Source: an uncultured Gemmatimonadales bacterium (lineage in GTDB: Bacteria; Gemmatimonadota; Gemmatimonadetes; Gemmatimonadales; GWC2-71-9). Taken from it: a stretch of DNA of 64,000 nt. The stretch is from contig CAWCFX010000003.1 of assembly GCA_963795085.1 (NCBI GenBank), forward strand, positions 224,001 to 288,000. The letters are read 5' to 3'. The translations under genes were made by a program, and so were the position numbers. Within the stretch, counting starts at the first letter, position 1; the number at the start of each line of letters is the position of its first letter. Below, piece by piece: positions 36,236 through 45,977 of the stretch. Below the pieces are notes generated by a model. The model made no database searches and was not told the origin of the DNA. It saw nothing but the letters and a program-made list of their open reading frames with translations.

Positions 36236-38458
36236 ATGCGCCCGATGCTCGTCGCCGCGGCTCTCGCCGCCAGTGTCACCGTCCCGCTCTCGGCCCAGGG
36301 ATGGATCGACGTGGAACGCCGGCCCAATCTCACCCTGCCTGCCACCTCGGTGCTCCGGGTGAGCTCCCAGGTGCGGGTCCAGATCGAGGGCCGGGTTGCC
36401 CGGGTGGAAGTGGAGGAACAGTTTCGCAACAGCGGCAGCGGAATCGCCGAGGGCACCTACCTCTACCCCATGCCGGGCGAGGCCGTGTTCACCGATTTTT
36501 CGCTATGGATGGGAGAACAGGAGGTCCGCGGCGAGATGATGCGGGCGGAGCAGGCGAGGGGTATCTATGAAGAGATCGTCCGCCGCCTCAAGGACCCTGC
36601 CCTGTTAACCCTCGAAGGACATGGTCTGATGCGCGCCCGGGTTTTCCCCATTCAGCCCGGAGAGACCCGGAAGGTCGTGCTCCGCTACACCCAGATGCTG
36701 GACCGGTCGGGTGACGCGTTGCGCCTTCGATACGCCATTGGCAGCCGCGACCGGGGGCGGGACCGGGGCCAGGGCGACGAAATCGCCGGCCAGTTCCGGG
36801 ACCAGTTCTCCCTCCGGGTCACCCTGCCGGAGACCGCCGACCTGGGCACCCCGTACTCTCCCACCCACCAACTGACGACCCGGCGGATGGGTGAACGGCT
36901 CGTCGTTTCGCTGGACCCCGAGGCGTCCGGCGACGTCGAACTGTTCATTCCACTCCGCCGCGGCCTGGTCGGGACCAGCCTGGTCACCCACGCGCCCGGA
37001 AGCGAGCCCGGCTTCTTCATGCTGCTGCTGGCTCCACCGGGACGGGAAGAGGCCAGCGTCATTCCGCGGGATCTTTCCCTGGTCGTGGACGTATCGGGCT
37101 CGATGTCCGGTGACAAGATCGAACAAGCCCGGGCGGCAATTCTGCAGACCCTGGGCACGTTGCAGGCGACCGACCGCTTCCGCCTGGTCGCGTTCTCCTC
37201 AGCGGTGCGCAATTTCCGGCCGGGCTTCGTACCGGCGACCGCGGAGAACCTTTCCGCCGCCCGCCGCTTTGCCCAGAACCTGTCCGCCAACGGGGGCACC
37301 AATATTGAAGCCGCTCTCAATGCGGTATTGACCGAGACTGCCGCGGCAGAACGACTTTCCATCATCATCTTTCTCACCGACGGCATCCCCTCCGTCGGTG
37401 AGCAGGCGCCCGACCGGATCGCCGAAGCCGCCGGGAGCCGAATCGGCCAGAACCGGATCTTCACGGTGGGTGTCGGCCACGACGTGAACACGTATCTGCT
37501 CGACCGGCTGGCCCGGGAAGGGCGCGGTAGCGCCGCGTACGTGGCACCCGACGCGGACGTCGAGGTGGCGGTTGGCTCGCTGGCCGCCAAGATTCAACAC
37601 CCGGCACTCGTCAACCTCCGGATCGTCGGCAGTCCCGTGCAGCTGGTCCAGTCCTTCCCCGCCACCCTGCCCGATCTGTTCTACGGCGAGGAGCTGGTGA
37701 TCTTCGGGCGCTATCGTGGCACCGGGACCGGCAACGTGGTGGTCGAGGGGGAACGGAACGGGCGGCGGGAGCGCTTCACGGCCCGGGCCGTCTTTCCCCT
37801 CAGCGAAGACGGCAACGAGTTCATACCCAAGCTCTGGGCCTCCCGGCGGATCGGCGAGTTGACCCGGCAGATCCGAATCGAAGGCGCGACCCCCGGTTTG
37901 ATCGAGCAGGTGCGGGACCTGGGACTCCGCTATGGCATTCTGACGGAGTACACCTCCTATTTGGTGCTGGAGCCAGGCATGGGGGGTGACCGGCCGATGC
38001 GGGAGGAAGCCCGGGCAGGGGCTGGCGCCCCGGTCGCCGCGGCACCGAGACTGCAGACCGGGGCCAATGCCTTCGCCGCCGCCGATGCCAGCGCGAAGAT
38101 GTCATCCGCGGGCACCGTCGCCGAAAGCGATCAGCTCGCCGAACGGCGGATGCGAGACCTGGGCAACGCCGGGTCCCAACCCCTGCGGCGGGCCGGTTCC
38201 AAGATGTTCCGGCTGGTGGGTTCGGTCTGGACCGATGTGGCCCACCGGGACAGCCTCGCGGTGATGGACGTCGCGCCCTTCAGCGACGCCTACTTCGCCC
38301 TGGTCCGGGCACTGCCGGAACTGAGCCAGTACCTCACCGTTGGCGACGAGATACTGGTCGCCGGGCACCGGGGCAGTATCAGGATTTCCGCCGGCGGGAG
38401 AACCCAGTGGCCGTCCGGCCAGCTGGAACGGGTAGTCCAACTGTATCGGGGTCGATGA
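36236..38458 (+). CDS. Secreted VIT + vWA domain protein (inter-alpha-trypsin-inhibitor heavy chain-like)
   Basis: Signal peptide; VIT (EGTYLYPMP...DPALL...VFPI); MIDAS DVSGSM, GGTNI, LTDG; SD GGAGG. Confidence 0.88.
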   Translation: MRPMLVAAALAASVTVPLSAQGWIDVERRPNLTLPATSVLRVSSQVRVQIEGRVARVEVEEQFRNSGSGIAEGTYLYPMPGEAVFTDFSLWMGEQEVRGEMMRAEQARGIYEEIVRRLKDPALLTLEGHGLMRARVFPIQPGETRKVVLRYTQMLDRSGDALRLRYAIGSRDRGRDRGQGDEIAGQFRDQFSLRVTLPETADLGTPYSPTHQLTTRRMGERLVVSLDPEASGDVELFIPLRRGLVGTSLVTHAPGSEPGFFMLLLAPPGREEASVIPRDLSLVVDVSGSMSGDKIEQARAAILQTLGTLQATDRFRLVAFSSAVRNFRPGFVPATAENLSAARRFAQNLSANGGTNIEAALNAVLTETAAAERLSIIIFLTDGIPSVGEQAPDRIAEAAGSRIGQNRIFTVGVGHDVNTYLLDRLAREGRGSAAYVAPDADVEVAVGSLAAKIQHPALVNLRIVGSPVQLVQSFPATLPDLFYGEELVIFGRYRGTGTGNVVVEGERNGRRERFTARAVFPLSEDGNEFIPKLWASRRIGELTRQIRIEGATPGLIEQVRDLGLRYGILTEYTSYLVLEPGMGGDRPMREEARAGAGAPVAAAPRLQTGANAFAAADASAKMSSAGTVAESDQLAERRMRDLGNAGSQPLRRAGSKMFRLVGSVWTDVAHRDSLAVMDVAPFSDAYFALVRALPELSQYLTVGDEILVAGHRGSIRISAGGRTQWPSGQLERVVQLYRGR

Positions 38459-38955
38459 GCCACGATCTGACCGAGCTGTATCACAGCTATCACGATTCGC
38501 TGGTCCGGATGGTCTATCGCCGGACCGGCGATCGTGATCGCGCGGAAGACATTGCCCAGGAGACGTTCGCGCGGGCGATGACGGCGCCCCCGGACAACCC
38601 GCGCCCCTGGCTCTTTGCGGTGGCGCTCAACCTGGTGCGGGAGGATGGCCGGAAGTCGGTCCGGCAGGGCCGCCGGCTTCAGTTGTTGAAGGCCGAATCA
38701 CCCCAATCCGCGCCGATGCCGGACGCGGAGTTTGACCGGGAGGAGCGCACCCGGTCGGTCCGCGCGGCGCTCGACCAGTTGTCGGAGCGCGACCGGGAGG
38801 TCCTGTTGCTCAAGGCCGAGGGATTCAACTACGACGAGATCGCCGCCACCCTGGGATTAGCCAAGGGGGCGATTGGAACGACCTTGGCGCGGGCGCGCCG
38901 CCGGCTGGTCGAGGCGTACCGCGCCGATGAGAAGGAGAATCATGCCGCATCTTGA
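38455..38955 (+). CDS. ECF sigma factor
   Basis: AEDIAQETF, WLFAVALN, LSERDREVLLL, YDEIAATLG, LARARRRL. Confidence 0.92.
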   Translation: MSHDLTELYHSYHDSLVRMVYRRTGDRDRAEDIAQETFARAMTAPPDNPRPWLFAVALNLVREDGRKSVRQGRRLQLLKAESPQSAPMPDAEFDREERTRSVRAALDQLSERDREVLLLKAEGFNYDEIAATLGLAKGAIGTTLARARRRLVEAYRADEKENHAAS

Positions 38956-39979
38956 TGAAGGCCACCTGATGGCGCTGCTCGACGGCGAACTCGCCGCCCT
39001 GGAGGAGCAGGAGACCCACGCTCACCTGGCGGCCTGTCCGGAATGCCGTGCCCGGCTCCAGGAACTCAGGGGATTTATGGTCGAGGCCGATGGCCTGGTG
39101 GGGGGCATTACGGTGCCCCCCGCTGCGTCCGCGCCGGCTGCCCCGGTAGCCGCGGGCAGCCGCCGCAGGCTCTCCCCACGGACACTCGCCTGGGCGGCGA
39201 CGGTTGTGGCGGCTACCGGGCTGGGTTTCGCGGGGTCCAATCTGCTGAGAAGTCCCGCCACGGAGCCCGCACACCAGGTTTCCGAGGCCAACCGATCTGC
39301 CGCCTCCGCACCGCCGGCCCCGGCAACCCAGTCTCCCGCCGCGGCGGCACCCCCGCTGGCTCCGCCGGAACAGGAACTTGCGGTCCGGCAGGTTCCCGCC
39401 CGCCGGCAGGACGAATCAGCCTCCACCTCCGGCCTCGCGGTGGCGGAGACGGACGAGGCAGCCGACCGGGTGGCCGGACAGCGAGCGGGTGTCCAGGCCA
39501 ACCAGACGCCGGTGGTAGGACGGATCGGGGAACCGGATACCCGGCCGCTCAGCCTGGCGCCCTCCGAGCCGCAGGCCTTTTCCGCCAAGTCGGCGGAACG
39601 CAGCCGCGCCGAGGCGCCGTCCTTGACGGCTCGCGATCAGGCTACCGTGACCATGGAGGAGGCGGTCCGAAGCCTTTCTGGGGTGATCCGGTTGATTGAC
39701 GGTCTGACGCCCGAACAATTCGAGGTGACTGCAAACGATAGCATCACCCCATCCGTAAGGGTCACCTACCGGGTGGGTCCGGGTGAGACCCCCCTGATCC
39801 TGGAGCAGAGCCGCGGAGTCAGACGTACTCCGGATGATGCGGTCTCCGCCGGGGCAGCCATGGCCCCCGTTCAGAGTCCCAATCAGTTGGAGTGGAAGGA
39901 CTTAGATGGTTTTTCCCTGCGGCTCATCGGAAATGTGAGCAAAGACTCGCTTAAACTCTTCAAGGCACGGGTAAAATAG
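38942..39979 (+). CDS. Zinc-binding (zf-HC2/ZAS) transmembrane anti-sigma factor
   Basis: HLDEG...LLDGEL...HLAACPEC (HxxxCxxC); single TM; Ala/Pro-rich stalk; C-terminal domain. Confidence 0.85.
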   Translation: MPHLDEGHLMALLDGELAALEEQETHAHLAACPECRARLQELRGFMVEADGLVGGITVPPAASAPAAPVAAGSRRRLSPRTLAWAATVVAATGLGFAGSNLLRSPATEPAHQVSEANRSAASAPPAPATQSPAAAAPPLAPPEQELAVRQVPARRQDESASTSGLAVAETDEAADRVAGQRAGVQANQTPVVGRIGEPDTRPLSLAPSEPQAFSAKSAERSRAEAPSLTARDQATVTMEEAVRSLSGVIRLIDGLTPEQFEVTANDSITPSVRVTYRVGPGETPLILEQSRGVRRTPDDAVSAGAAMAPVQSPNQLEWKDLDGFSLRLIGNVSKDSLKLFKARVK

Positions 39980-40026
39980 GTCCCGAGGATTGGGACAAAT
40001 TCCTGCAGCACTTGGCTTTTCCTCAC

Positions 40027-40055
40027 TTTACCTACCCCCCATGGCTCCATATATT
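40027..40055 (+). promoter_or_regulatory. Putative sigma-70 promoter of the OMP gene
   Basis: TTTACC-N17-TATATT. Confidence 0.55.
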
Positions 40056-40140
40056 GTAGCCGGGTCCGGCGGGGGGGTGGGTATTCGCCGGTTCGAGGCG
40101 GGAAAGTCTCCCGCATCATTCACTCAATCGGAGGTTCCTG

Positions 40141-40707
40141 ATGAAGCGGATCGTGAGAAGCGCTGCGGTTCTGGGCATGGTGGCCATGGTAAGTGTTGCA
40201 TCCGCCCACGCGCAGGCTCCAGGTCGGGCCAGCTTCCATGTGGCTGGTGGCGTCACCCTCCCCATGGGTGATTTTGGGGATTTCTTTGGAACCGGGTTCC
40301 AGGGTCTGGCCGGCGTGAACTTCGGGCTGGGCAGCATTCCGTTCGCCCTTCGGGTGGACGGCTTCTATGGCCAGAACAGCGGCGATGAAGCCGTGACCGG
40401 TCCGGACGTGAAGGTCAAGATGTTCGGTGGCATGGCGGGTGGCCAGTTCAACTTCGGCTCCGCCGCTTCGCCGGTGAAGCCCTACATCCTGGCCCAGGTC
40501 GGCATGGTGAACAACAAGGTCAGCGGCCCGGGTGGCAGCACCGACGGCGAGAGCGACTTCGCGTTCGGCGGCGGCGGCGGCGTCGGGTTCGGTCTCGGCT
40601 CCATGGCGGCGTTCGTGGAGGGCCAGTATGTCTCGGTCCAGACCGAGGGGAGCTCCAGCAACTTCATCGCGGCCCGCTTCGGCATTCGCTTCGGCGGCGG
40701 CATGTAA
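40141..40707 (+). CDS. Outer-membrane beta-barrel protein (OmpA/OmpW-like 8-stranded)
   Basis: Signal peptide ending AHA; alternating strands, VKPYIL, terminal FGIRF; strong SD GGAGG. Confidence 0.8.
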   Translation: MKRIVRSAAVLGMVAMVSVASAHAQAPGRASFHVAGGVTLPMGDFGDFFGTGFQGLAGVNFGLGSIPFALRVDGFYGQNSGDEAVTGPDVKVKMFGGMAGGQFNFGSAASPVKPYILAQVGMVNNKVSGPGGSTDGESDFAFGGGGGVGFGLGSMAAFVEGQYVSVQTEGSSSNFIAARFGIRFGGGM

Positions 40708-40722
40708 TTCGTGGCAGTACCA

Positions 40723-40760
40723 GAAAGGCCGGCATCGTCCAGATGCCGGCCTTTTCTTTT
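40723..40760 (+). terminator. Intrinsic terminator
   Basis: AAAGGCCGGCATC-GTCCA-GATGCCGGCCTTT followed by TCTTTT. Confidence 0.85.
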
Positions 40761-40783
40761 ATGGACCATCTCCCGAGGCATCC

Positions 40784-42346
40784 ATGCGCGGCCTGATGAT
40801 GAACTACTTACTCACCATCCCCGCACTGCTCCGCCGCTATTCCGCGCTCTACCCCGGCCGGGAGATCGTCAGTCTCGGGCCGGATGGGACAGCCATCCGG
40901 TCCACCGCGGCCGCCTGCGTCGAGCGGGCCCTCCGACTGGGGCGAGGGTTGCGGCAGTCCGGGTTGGCCCCCGGAGCGAAAGTGGCTACCCTGTGCTGGA
41001 ACCATGCTCCGCATCTTGAGGCATACTTCGGGGTGCCCTCTGCCGGCCTGGTGCTGCACCCGCTGAACCCGCGCCTGCCGAGCGAAGATATCGAGTATAT
41101 CATGCAGGACGCGGGTGACGAAGTGGTCATCGTCGATGCCGACCTCGAGCCGCTCCTCGGCCGGTGGCCGGGGCGGCGCATCATCAACGGCGAAGGCCGG
41201 GCGTCTGCACCAGAGTCGTACGAGTCATTGCTCGCCTCAGCTCGGCCCGACGACCCCTGCCCCGACCCTCCTGAATCTCATGCCGCGATCCTGGCCTACA
41301 CATCCGGGACGACGGGCCGGCCCAAGGGGGTCGCCATTTCCCACCGGGCAATCGTGCTGCACAGCCTGGGGACCGCCCTGCCCGATGGGTTCAACCTCGG
41401 CGAGCGGGACACCGTGCTGGCCGCGGTCCCCATGTTCCACGCCAATGCCTGGGGCCTGCCGTTCACGGCCGCCATGGTCGGCGCACGCCAGGTGCTGGTC
41501 CGGAATGCATTCGACCCGGTGACCCTTCTCCGCATGATCGAAGCGGAGCGGGTAACCGTGGCAGCCGGAGTTCCCACGATCTGGCTCGGGGTACTGCGGG
41601 AACTGGAACAGAACCCGGGGCAATACGATATCGCGTCCCTCAACACCGTCATTGTCGGCGGCGGCGCTTGTCCGCCCGCCTTGATCAGGGCCTTCGAGGA
41701 ACAGTACGATGTCGCGGTCGTCACCTCCTGGGGCATGACCGAACTCTCGCCGGTCGGAACGGTCGGGCGGCCCGAGGTGACGCGCCCGGTTGCCGAGCGC
41801 TGCCGGCCGGGCCGCCCGCTTCCGCTGGTGGAGTTGCGAATCCGGCAGGATGGCCGCCTGATGCCGTGGGACGGGCAGTCCATGGGTGAACTGGAGGTTC
41901 GCGGGCCCTGGATCGCCATGGAGTATCACGGGGGGGCCGATCCTTCGGCCTTTACCGCCGACGGCTGGTTCCGAACCGGCGACATCGCCACCATAGACCG
42001 GTCCGGCGTGCTGGAAATTCGAGACCGGGCCAAGGACGTGATCAAGTCGGGCGGCGAATGGATCAGCTCGGTCGCGCTGGAACAGGCGCTGCTGGCCCAT
42101 CCCGGCGTCGCCGATGCCGCGGTCATCGCGGTGCCCCATCCGCAATGGCAGGAACGCCCGCTGGCCATCATGGTCCTGCGGGAAGGCGCCGAAACAACCG
42201 GAGCCGACCTGAAGGCCAGCCTCGAGAAGCGATTCCCCTCCTGGTACTTGCCGGATGACTTTGTCTTCGTGCCGATGCTGCCGCGGACGGCAACGGGGAA
42301 AGTCCAGAAGGCGCTGTTGCGCCTGCAGTATGGCGGTCAGCGCTGA
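40784..42346 (+). CDS. Acyl-CoA synthetase (medium/long-chain fatty acid--CoA ligase)
   Basis: YTSGTTGRPKG, PMFHANAWG, WGMTE, GWFRTGD, DRAKDVIKSGGEWISS, TGKVQK. Confidence 0.92.
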   Translation: MRGLMMNYLLTIPALLRRYSALYPGREIVSLGPDGTAIRSTAAACVERALRLGRGLRQSGLAPGAKVATLCWNHAPHLEAYFGVPSAGLVLHPLNPRLPSEDIEYIMQDAGDEVVIVDADLEPLLGRWPGRRIINGEGRASAPESYESLLASARPDDPCPDPPESHAAILAYTSGTTGRPKGVAISHRAIVLHSLGTALPDGFNLGERDTVLAAVPMFHANAWGLPFTAAMVGARQVLVRNAFDPVTLLRMIEAERVTVAAGVPTIWLGVLRELEQNPGQYDIASLNTVIVGGGACPPALIRAFEEQYDVAVVTSWGMTELSPVGTVGRPEVTRPVAERCRPGRPLPLVELRIRQDGRLMPWDGQSMGELEVRGPWIAMEYHGGADPSAFTADGWFRTGDIATIDRSGVLEIRDRAKDVIKSGGEWISSVALEQALLAHPGVADAAVIAVPHPQWQERPLAIMVLREGAETTGADLKASLEKRFPSWYLPDDFVFVPMLPRTATGKVQKALLRLQYGGQR

Positions 42347-42939
42347 GGCTGCTGAGCGGGCACCGGGTTGGGAATGGGAGGAGGCGCGGATACGGTCACC
42401 GCGGGCATGTACCCCGGAAGGGTCGAGCGTCCGGGACGGCAGGGGCGGCCCGCCCCGGGGATGTAGGCCACTTCGTTGCGGGGCTTGAGCACCACCTGGC
42501 CCCGCTGGAACAGGGCGACCCGCCGAGCGCCGATCGGCGTCTGCAGCATGGTCTGGCCGGTGAGCACGAAGGAACTCCGGCCGGCGCGCCGCACGGAATG
42601 CGCGGCCAGCACGACGGGGACCGTGAGCTTGGTGCTGTCCCGCGTCTGCAGCATGACGGGCTGCGCCATCCGTACTGAGCCCATGGTGTCGCCATTCATT
42701 TGCAGGGACACTTCGAAGCCATCGGCCTGGATGGGGAAGTCGTTCCGGTTACAGGCGGTCAGCACCATCTCCAGGGTATCGGCCGGGTTTCCGCTGCCCC
42801 GAATGGTCATTTCCGAGACCACGAACGTGGGGTCGTCGTACAGCCACCCGCCGAATGGCACACAGGCGGCGAGCCCGCATACGAGCAGACCTGCCGCCGT
42901 AAGCCCCGGCGGTATGAACGTGCGTCGGATGAATGTCAT
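42337..42939 (-). CDS. LEA type 2/WHy-domain lipoprotein
   Basis: Lipobox LAAC; N-x-N motif (CNRNDFPI); beta-sandwich pattern. Confidence 0.6.
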   Translation of the reverse strand: MTFIRRTFIPPGLTAAGLLVCGLAACVPFGGWLYDDPTFVVSEMTIRGSGNPADTLEMVLTACNRNDFPIQADGFEVSLQMNGDTMGSVRMAQPVMLQTRDSTKLTVPVVLAAHSVRRAGRSSFVLTGQTMLQTPIGARRVALFQRGQVVLKPRNEVAYIPGAGRPCRPGRSTLPGYMPAVTVSAPPPIPNPVPAQQPQR

Positions 42940-43058
42940 CAGGCTGACAGGACCAATGATGGGTTGGGGTATGACGGCAAAATATAACCAGCCCACGGGA
43001 TATACCTACTGGTGCACGTCGAACGGGATGGAGACGTCCCACGGCGCAACGCCTGCAC

Positions 43059-44612
43059 TCACTGCATCCCCTGCGCCACCGGGGCCCGCATCCGGTCCAG
43101 GCTTCGGTACTGGATCGCCTCGCTGACATGTTCGGGGGCCAGGTCTTCGCTGGAGGCGAGATCGGCGACGGTGCGGGCGATCTTGAGGACGCGATGATAG
43201 GCGCGGGCCGACAGCCCCAGCCGGGTGATGGCCTTCCGCAACAGGGTCTCGACCGGCTCGCTGAGCCGGCAATATCGGCGGAGATCACGCGAGGACATGT
43301 GGGCGTTGGCGTAGATTCCCGGCTGGCCGGTGAAGCGGGCACGTTGCAACCGGCGCGCCGCTTCGACCCGGCGACGAATGTCGGCGCTGCTTTCCTCGGC
43401 CTGATCGCCGGCCAGGTCGCGGTAGGCCACGGCGGGCACCGCGAGGTGGATGTCGATCCGGTCGAGCAGGGGGCCGGAGATCCGCGAGAGATAGCGTTCG
43501 ACCGTCAATGCATCGCAGCGGCAGGTGTGCGTCGGGTCGCCGTGGTAGCCGCAGGGGCAGGGATTCATGGCTGCCGCGAGCATGAACCGGGCGGGATAGG
43601 TCAGGCTCACCAACGCGCGGCTGAGGGTAACGACGCCATCCTCCATGGGCTGCCGCATGACCTCCAGGACGTTTTTGCGGAACTCGGGCAGCTCGTCGAG
43701 GAACAGGACGCCCCCGTGGGCGAGACTGACTTCGCCGGGCCGCGGGTTGGAGCCGCCGCCGATGAGGCCGGCATCGCTGATGGTGTGATGGGGCGCCCGG
43801 AAGGGCCGGGTGGCGCAGAGCGCCTTGCCGGAGGCAAGCACCCCGGCCACGCTGTGAATCTTGGTTGTCTCCAGCGCTTCATCCAGGCTCATGCTGGGAA
43901 GGATGGTCGGAAGCCGCCGGGCCAGCATCGTCTTTCCCGCTCCCGGCGGTCCCAGCAGCAGAATGTTGTGCCCTCCGGCCGCCGCCACCTCGAGGGCCCG
44001 CTTGGCGGCCGCCTGGCTGCGCACGTCCGAAAAATCCACGAGATCGTGGGACCGCTCCGCCATGAGCGCGGCGAGATCCACCTGGGCCGGTTCGATTGCC
44101 AACTCGCCGGTAAGATGGCGGCAGACCTCCGTCAGGGTGCGGGCGCCGCGAACCTCGAGCCCCTCCACCACCGCGGCTTCAGGGACGTTGTGATGGGGCA
44201 GGATAATCCCCCGGCAGCCCGCGGTACGGGCCGCGACGGCCATGGACAGGGCGCCCCGCACCGGCCGCAGGTCTCCCTCCAGCCCGACCTCGCCCAGGAT
44301 GAAATGCTCCCGCAGGATGTCAGCGGGGAAATGGCCGCTGGCCGCGAGGATCCCAATCGCGATGGGGAGGTCGAACGCCGAGCCGTCCTTGCGGACATCG
44401 GCCGGGGCGAGATTCACGGTGATGCGCTTGAGGGGAAAGGCGAGGCCGGCGTTGCTGAGCGCGGCGGCGACCCGCTCGCGCCCTTCTTTTACCGCGCCAT
44501 GGGGCAGTCCAACGGTGGAGAACGATGGCAGGCCATTGGCGATGTCCACCTCGACATCGACGGGGTAGGCCTCGATGCCCAGGACGGCGGCGGATCGGAT
44601 ACGGGCAAGCAT
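43059..44612 (-). CDS. comM: YifB/ComM Mg-chelatase-like AAA+ ATPase
   Basis: NLAPAD, FDLPIA, GPPGAGKT, FRAPHH, FLDELPEF, NPCPCG, SGPLLDRID, LSARAYHR. Confidence 0.93.
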   Translation of the reverse strand: MLARIRSAAVLGIEAYPVDVEVDIANGLPSFSTVGLPHGAVKEGRERVAAALSNAGLAFPLKRITVNLAPADVRKDGSAFDLPIAIGILAASGHFPADILREHFILGEVGLEGDLRPVRGALSMAVAARTAGCRGIILPHHNVPEAAVVEGLEVRGARTLTEVCRHLTGELAIEPAQVDLAALMAERSHDLVDFSDVRSQAAAKRALEVAAAGGHNILLLGPPGAGKTMLARRLPTILPSMSLDEALETTKIHSVAGVLASGKALCATRPFRAPHHTISDAGLIGGGSNPRPGEVSLAHGGVLFLDELPEFRKNVLEVMRQPMEDGVVTLSRALVSLTYPARFMLAAAMNPCPCGYHGDPTHTCRCDALTVERYLSRISGPLLDRIDIHLAVPAVAYRDLAGDQAEESSADIRRRVEAARRLQRARFTGQPGIYANAHMSSRDLRRYCRLSEPVETLLRKAITRLGLSARAYHRVLKIARTVADLASSEDLAPEHVSEAIQYRSLDRMRAPVAQGMQ

Positions 44613-44705
44613 GGGACCACGATAGCACGAACCCGGGGCCGGTCGTCACCCGAAAAGCCCGATCGTCGCCCGGGAAAACGCGGTTCTCAGCCAGCGGTCA
44701 GGTGG

Positions 44706-45525
44706 TCACGCGAGGAATCCCGCCGGCACCGATTCCACCACCGTCACCGCCTGCCCCACCCGCAGCACGCCCGCCTGCCGGTGCACCACGTTCTGGCCGA
44801 AATAGACCTGGCCGTTCCATTTCCGGAAGGTGGCCAGGGTGCGGAGCGGCTCCTTGCCGGCCACGCCGGTCTGCTGGTCGATGGTGGTCGTCACGCAGCG
44901 GTCACAGGGCTTGACCACGGCGAACTCGACCGCCCCGATCCGGAATTGTTTCCACCGATCCTCGTCGAAGGGCGTGCTGCCGCTCACCACCAGGTTGGGG
45001 CGAAACCGGTTCATCGGCAGCGCCGTCTCCATCCGCTGGTTCAGGTCCACCAGCGAACTCGATCCGATCAGCAGCAAGGGATAGGCGTCGGCGAAGCTGA
45101 CCCGACGCCGCGCCGCGACATAGCCGGGATTGGCCCGCCGGAAGGTGGACTCCGGCATGTACACCAGCCGGGCCGGGAAACCCAGGCAGCCGGTGAACCA
45201 GGCGGCCGCTTCCTCGCCTCCGTCCTGGGCCTCGCAGCGATCGCCCCAGATCACGACCGGGACTCGCGGGGCGTGCGCCGGCGGGGGGGCCACCCGGAGC
45301 CGGCGGCGTCGGGCCGATGCCGACCAGCATGGTGTCGCCCTCCAGGGCGACCTCGACCAACGCCATGCGATGGCTCTCCCGCTGGCTCACGAATCTCCCC
45401 GCGCCATCGACGACCATCCAGCGCCGGTCACCCACGATGCCGAAGTCATCGAGGGAGGCGCTGGCCAGGGGAACGCCCCGGGCCGATTTCAGGGGATAGA
45501 CCGTGAGCGCACTCAGCTCGATCAC
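44706..45525 (-). pseudogene. MOSC-domain protein (YcbX-like) split by a frameshift, or assembly error
   Basis: MOSC_N (VYPLKSARG, DRRWM) is in one frame and MOSC (FADAYP, RFRPN, KPCDRC) in another; junction near 45295-45330. Confidence 0.75.
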
Positions 45526-45977
45526 GGCGCTTCCTCCCTGGCGTAGACATCGGACCGCTGAATTTCCATGAAGCCCTCCGGATTGGCGACCGCCGTAAAT
45601 CCCGCTTTCCGATAGAGCGCGTGGGCATCGCGCGTCACCAGCAGCCAGCGCCGAAGCCCCTGCAGCTCCGGCGTCTCCAGCATGCACTGCATCAGCCAGC
45701 GGGCCAGCCCCCGCTGCCGGTATTCCTCCAGCACGAAGACGTCGGCCACATACGCGAACGTTGCCTGGTCGGAGATCACCCGGCCAAACCCTACCTGGCG
45801 CGCGCCATAGATACCATAGGCCAGCGAGCCACGGATGGCGCGTTCGATGACCTCCCGCCCGATGCCGGCCGCCCAGTAGGACCGGCGCAGGTAGTCGTGG
45901 ATTCCCTCGACATCGAGGCGGGCCGGATCGGTGCTGATGGTCCACCCACCGCGGACCCACTCGTGGACGGGGCTCAC
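45522..45977 (-). CDS. GNAT family N-acetyltransferase
   Basis: ISTDPARLD, QVGFGRVISD, DVFVLEEYRQRGL, TRDAHALY. Confidence 0.9.
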   Translation of the reverse strand: MSPVHEWVRGGWTISTDPARLDVEGIHDYLRRSYWAAGIGREVIERAIRGSLAYGIYGARQVGFGRVISDQATFAYVADVFVLEEYRQRGLARWLMQCMLETPELQGLRRWLLVTRDAHALYRKAGFTAVANPEGFMEIQRSDVYAREEAP

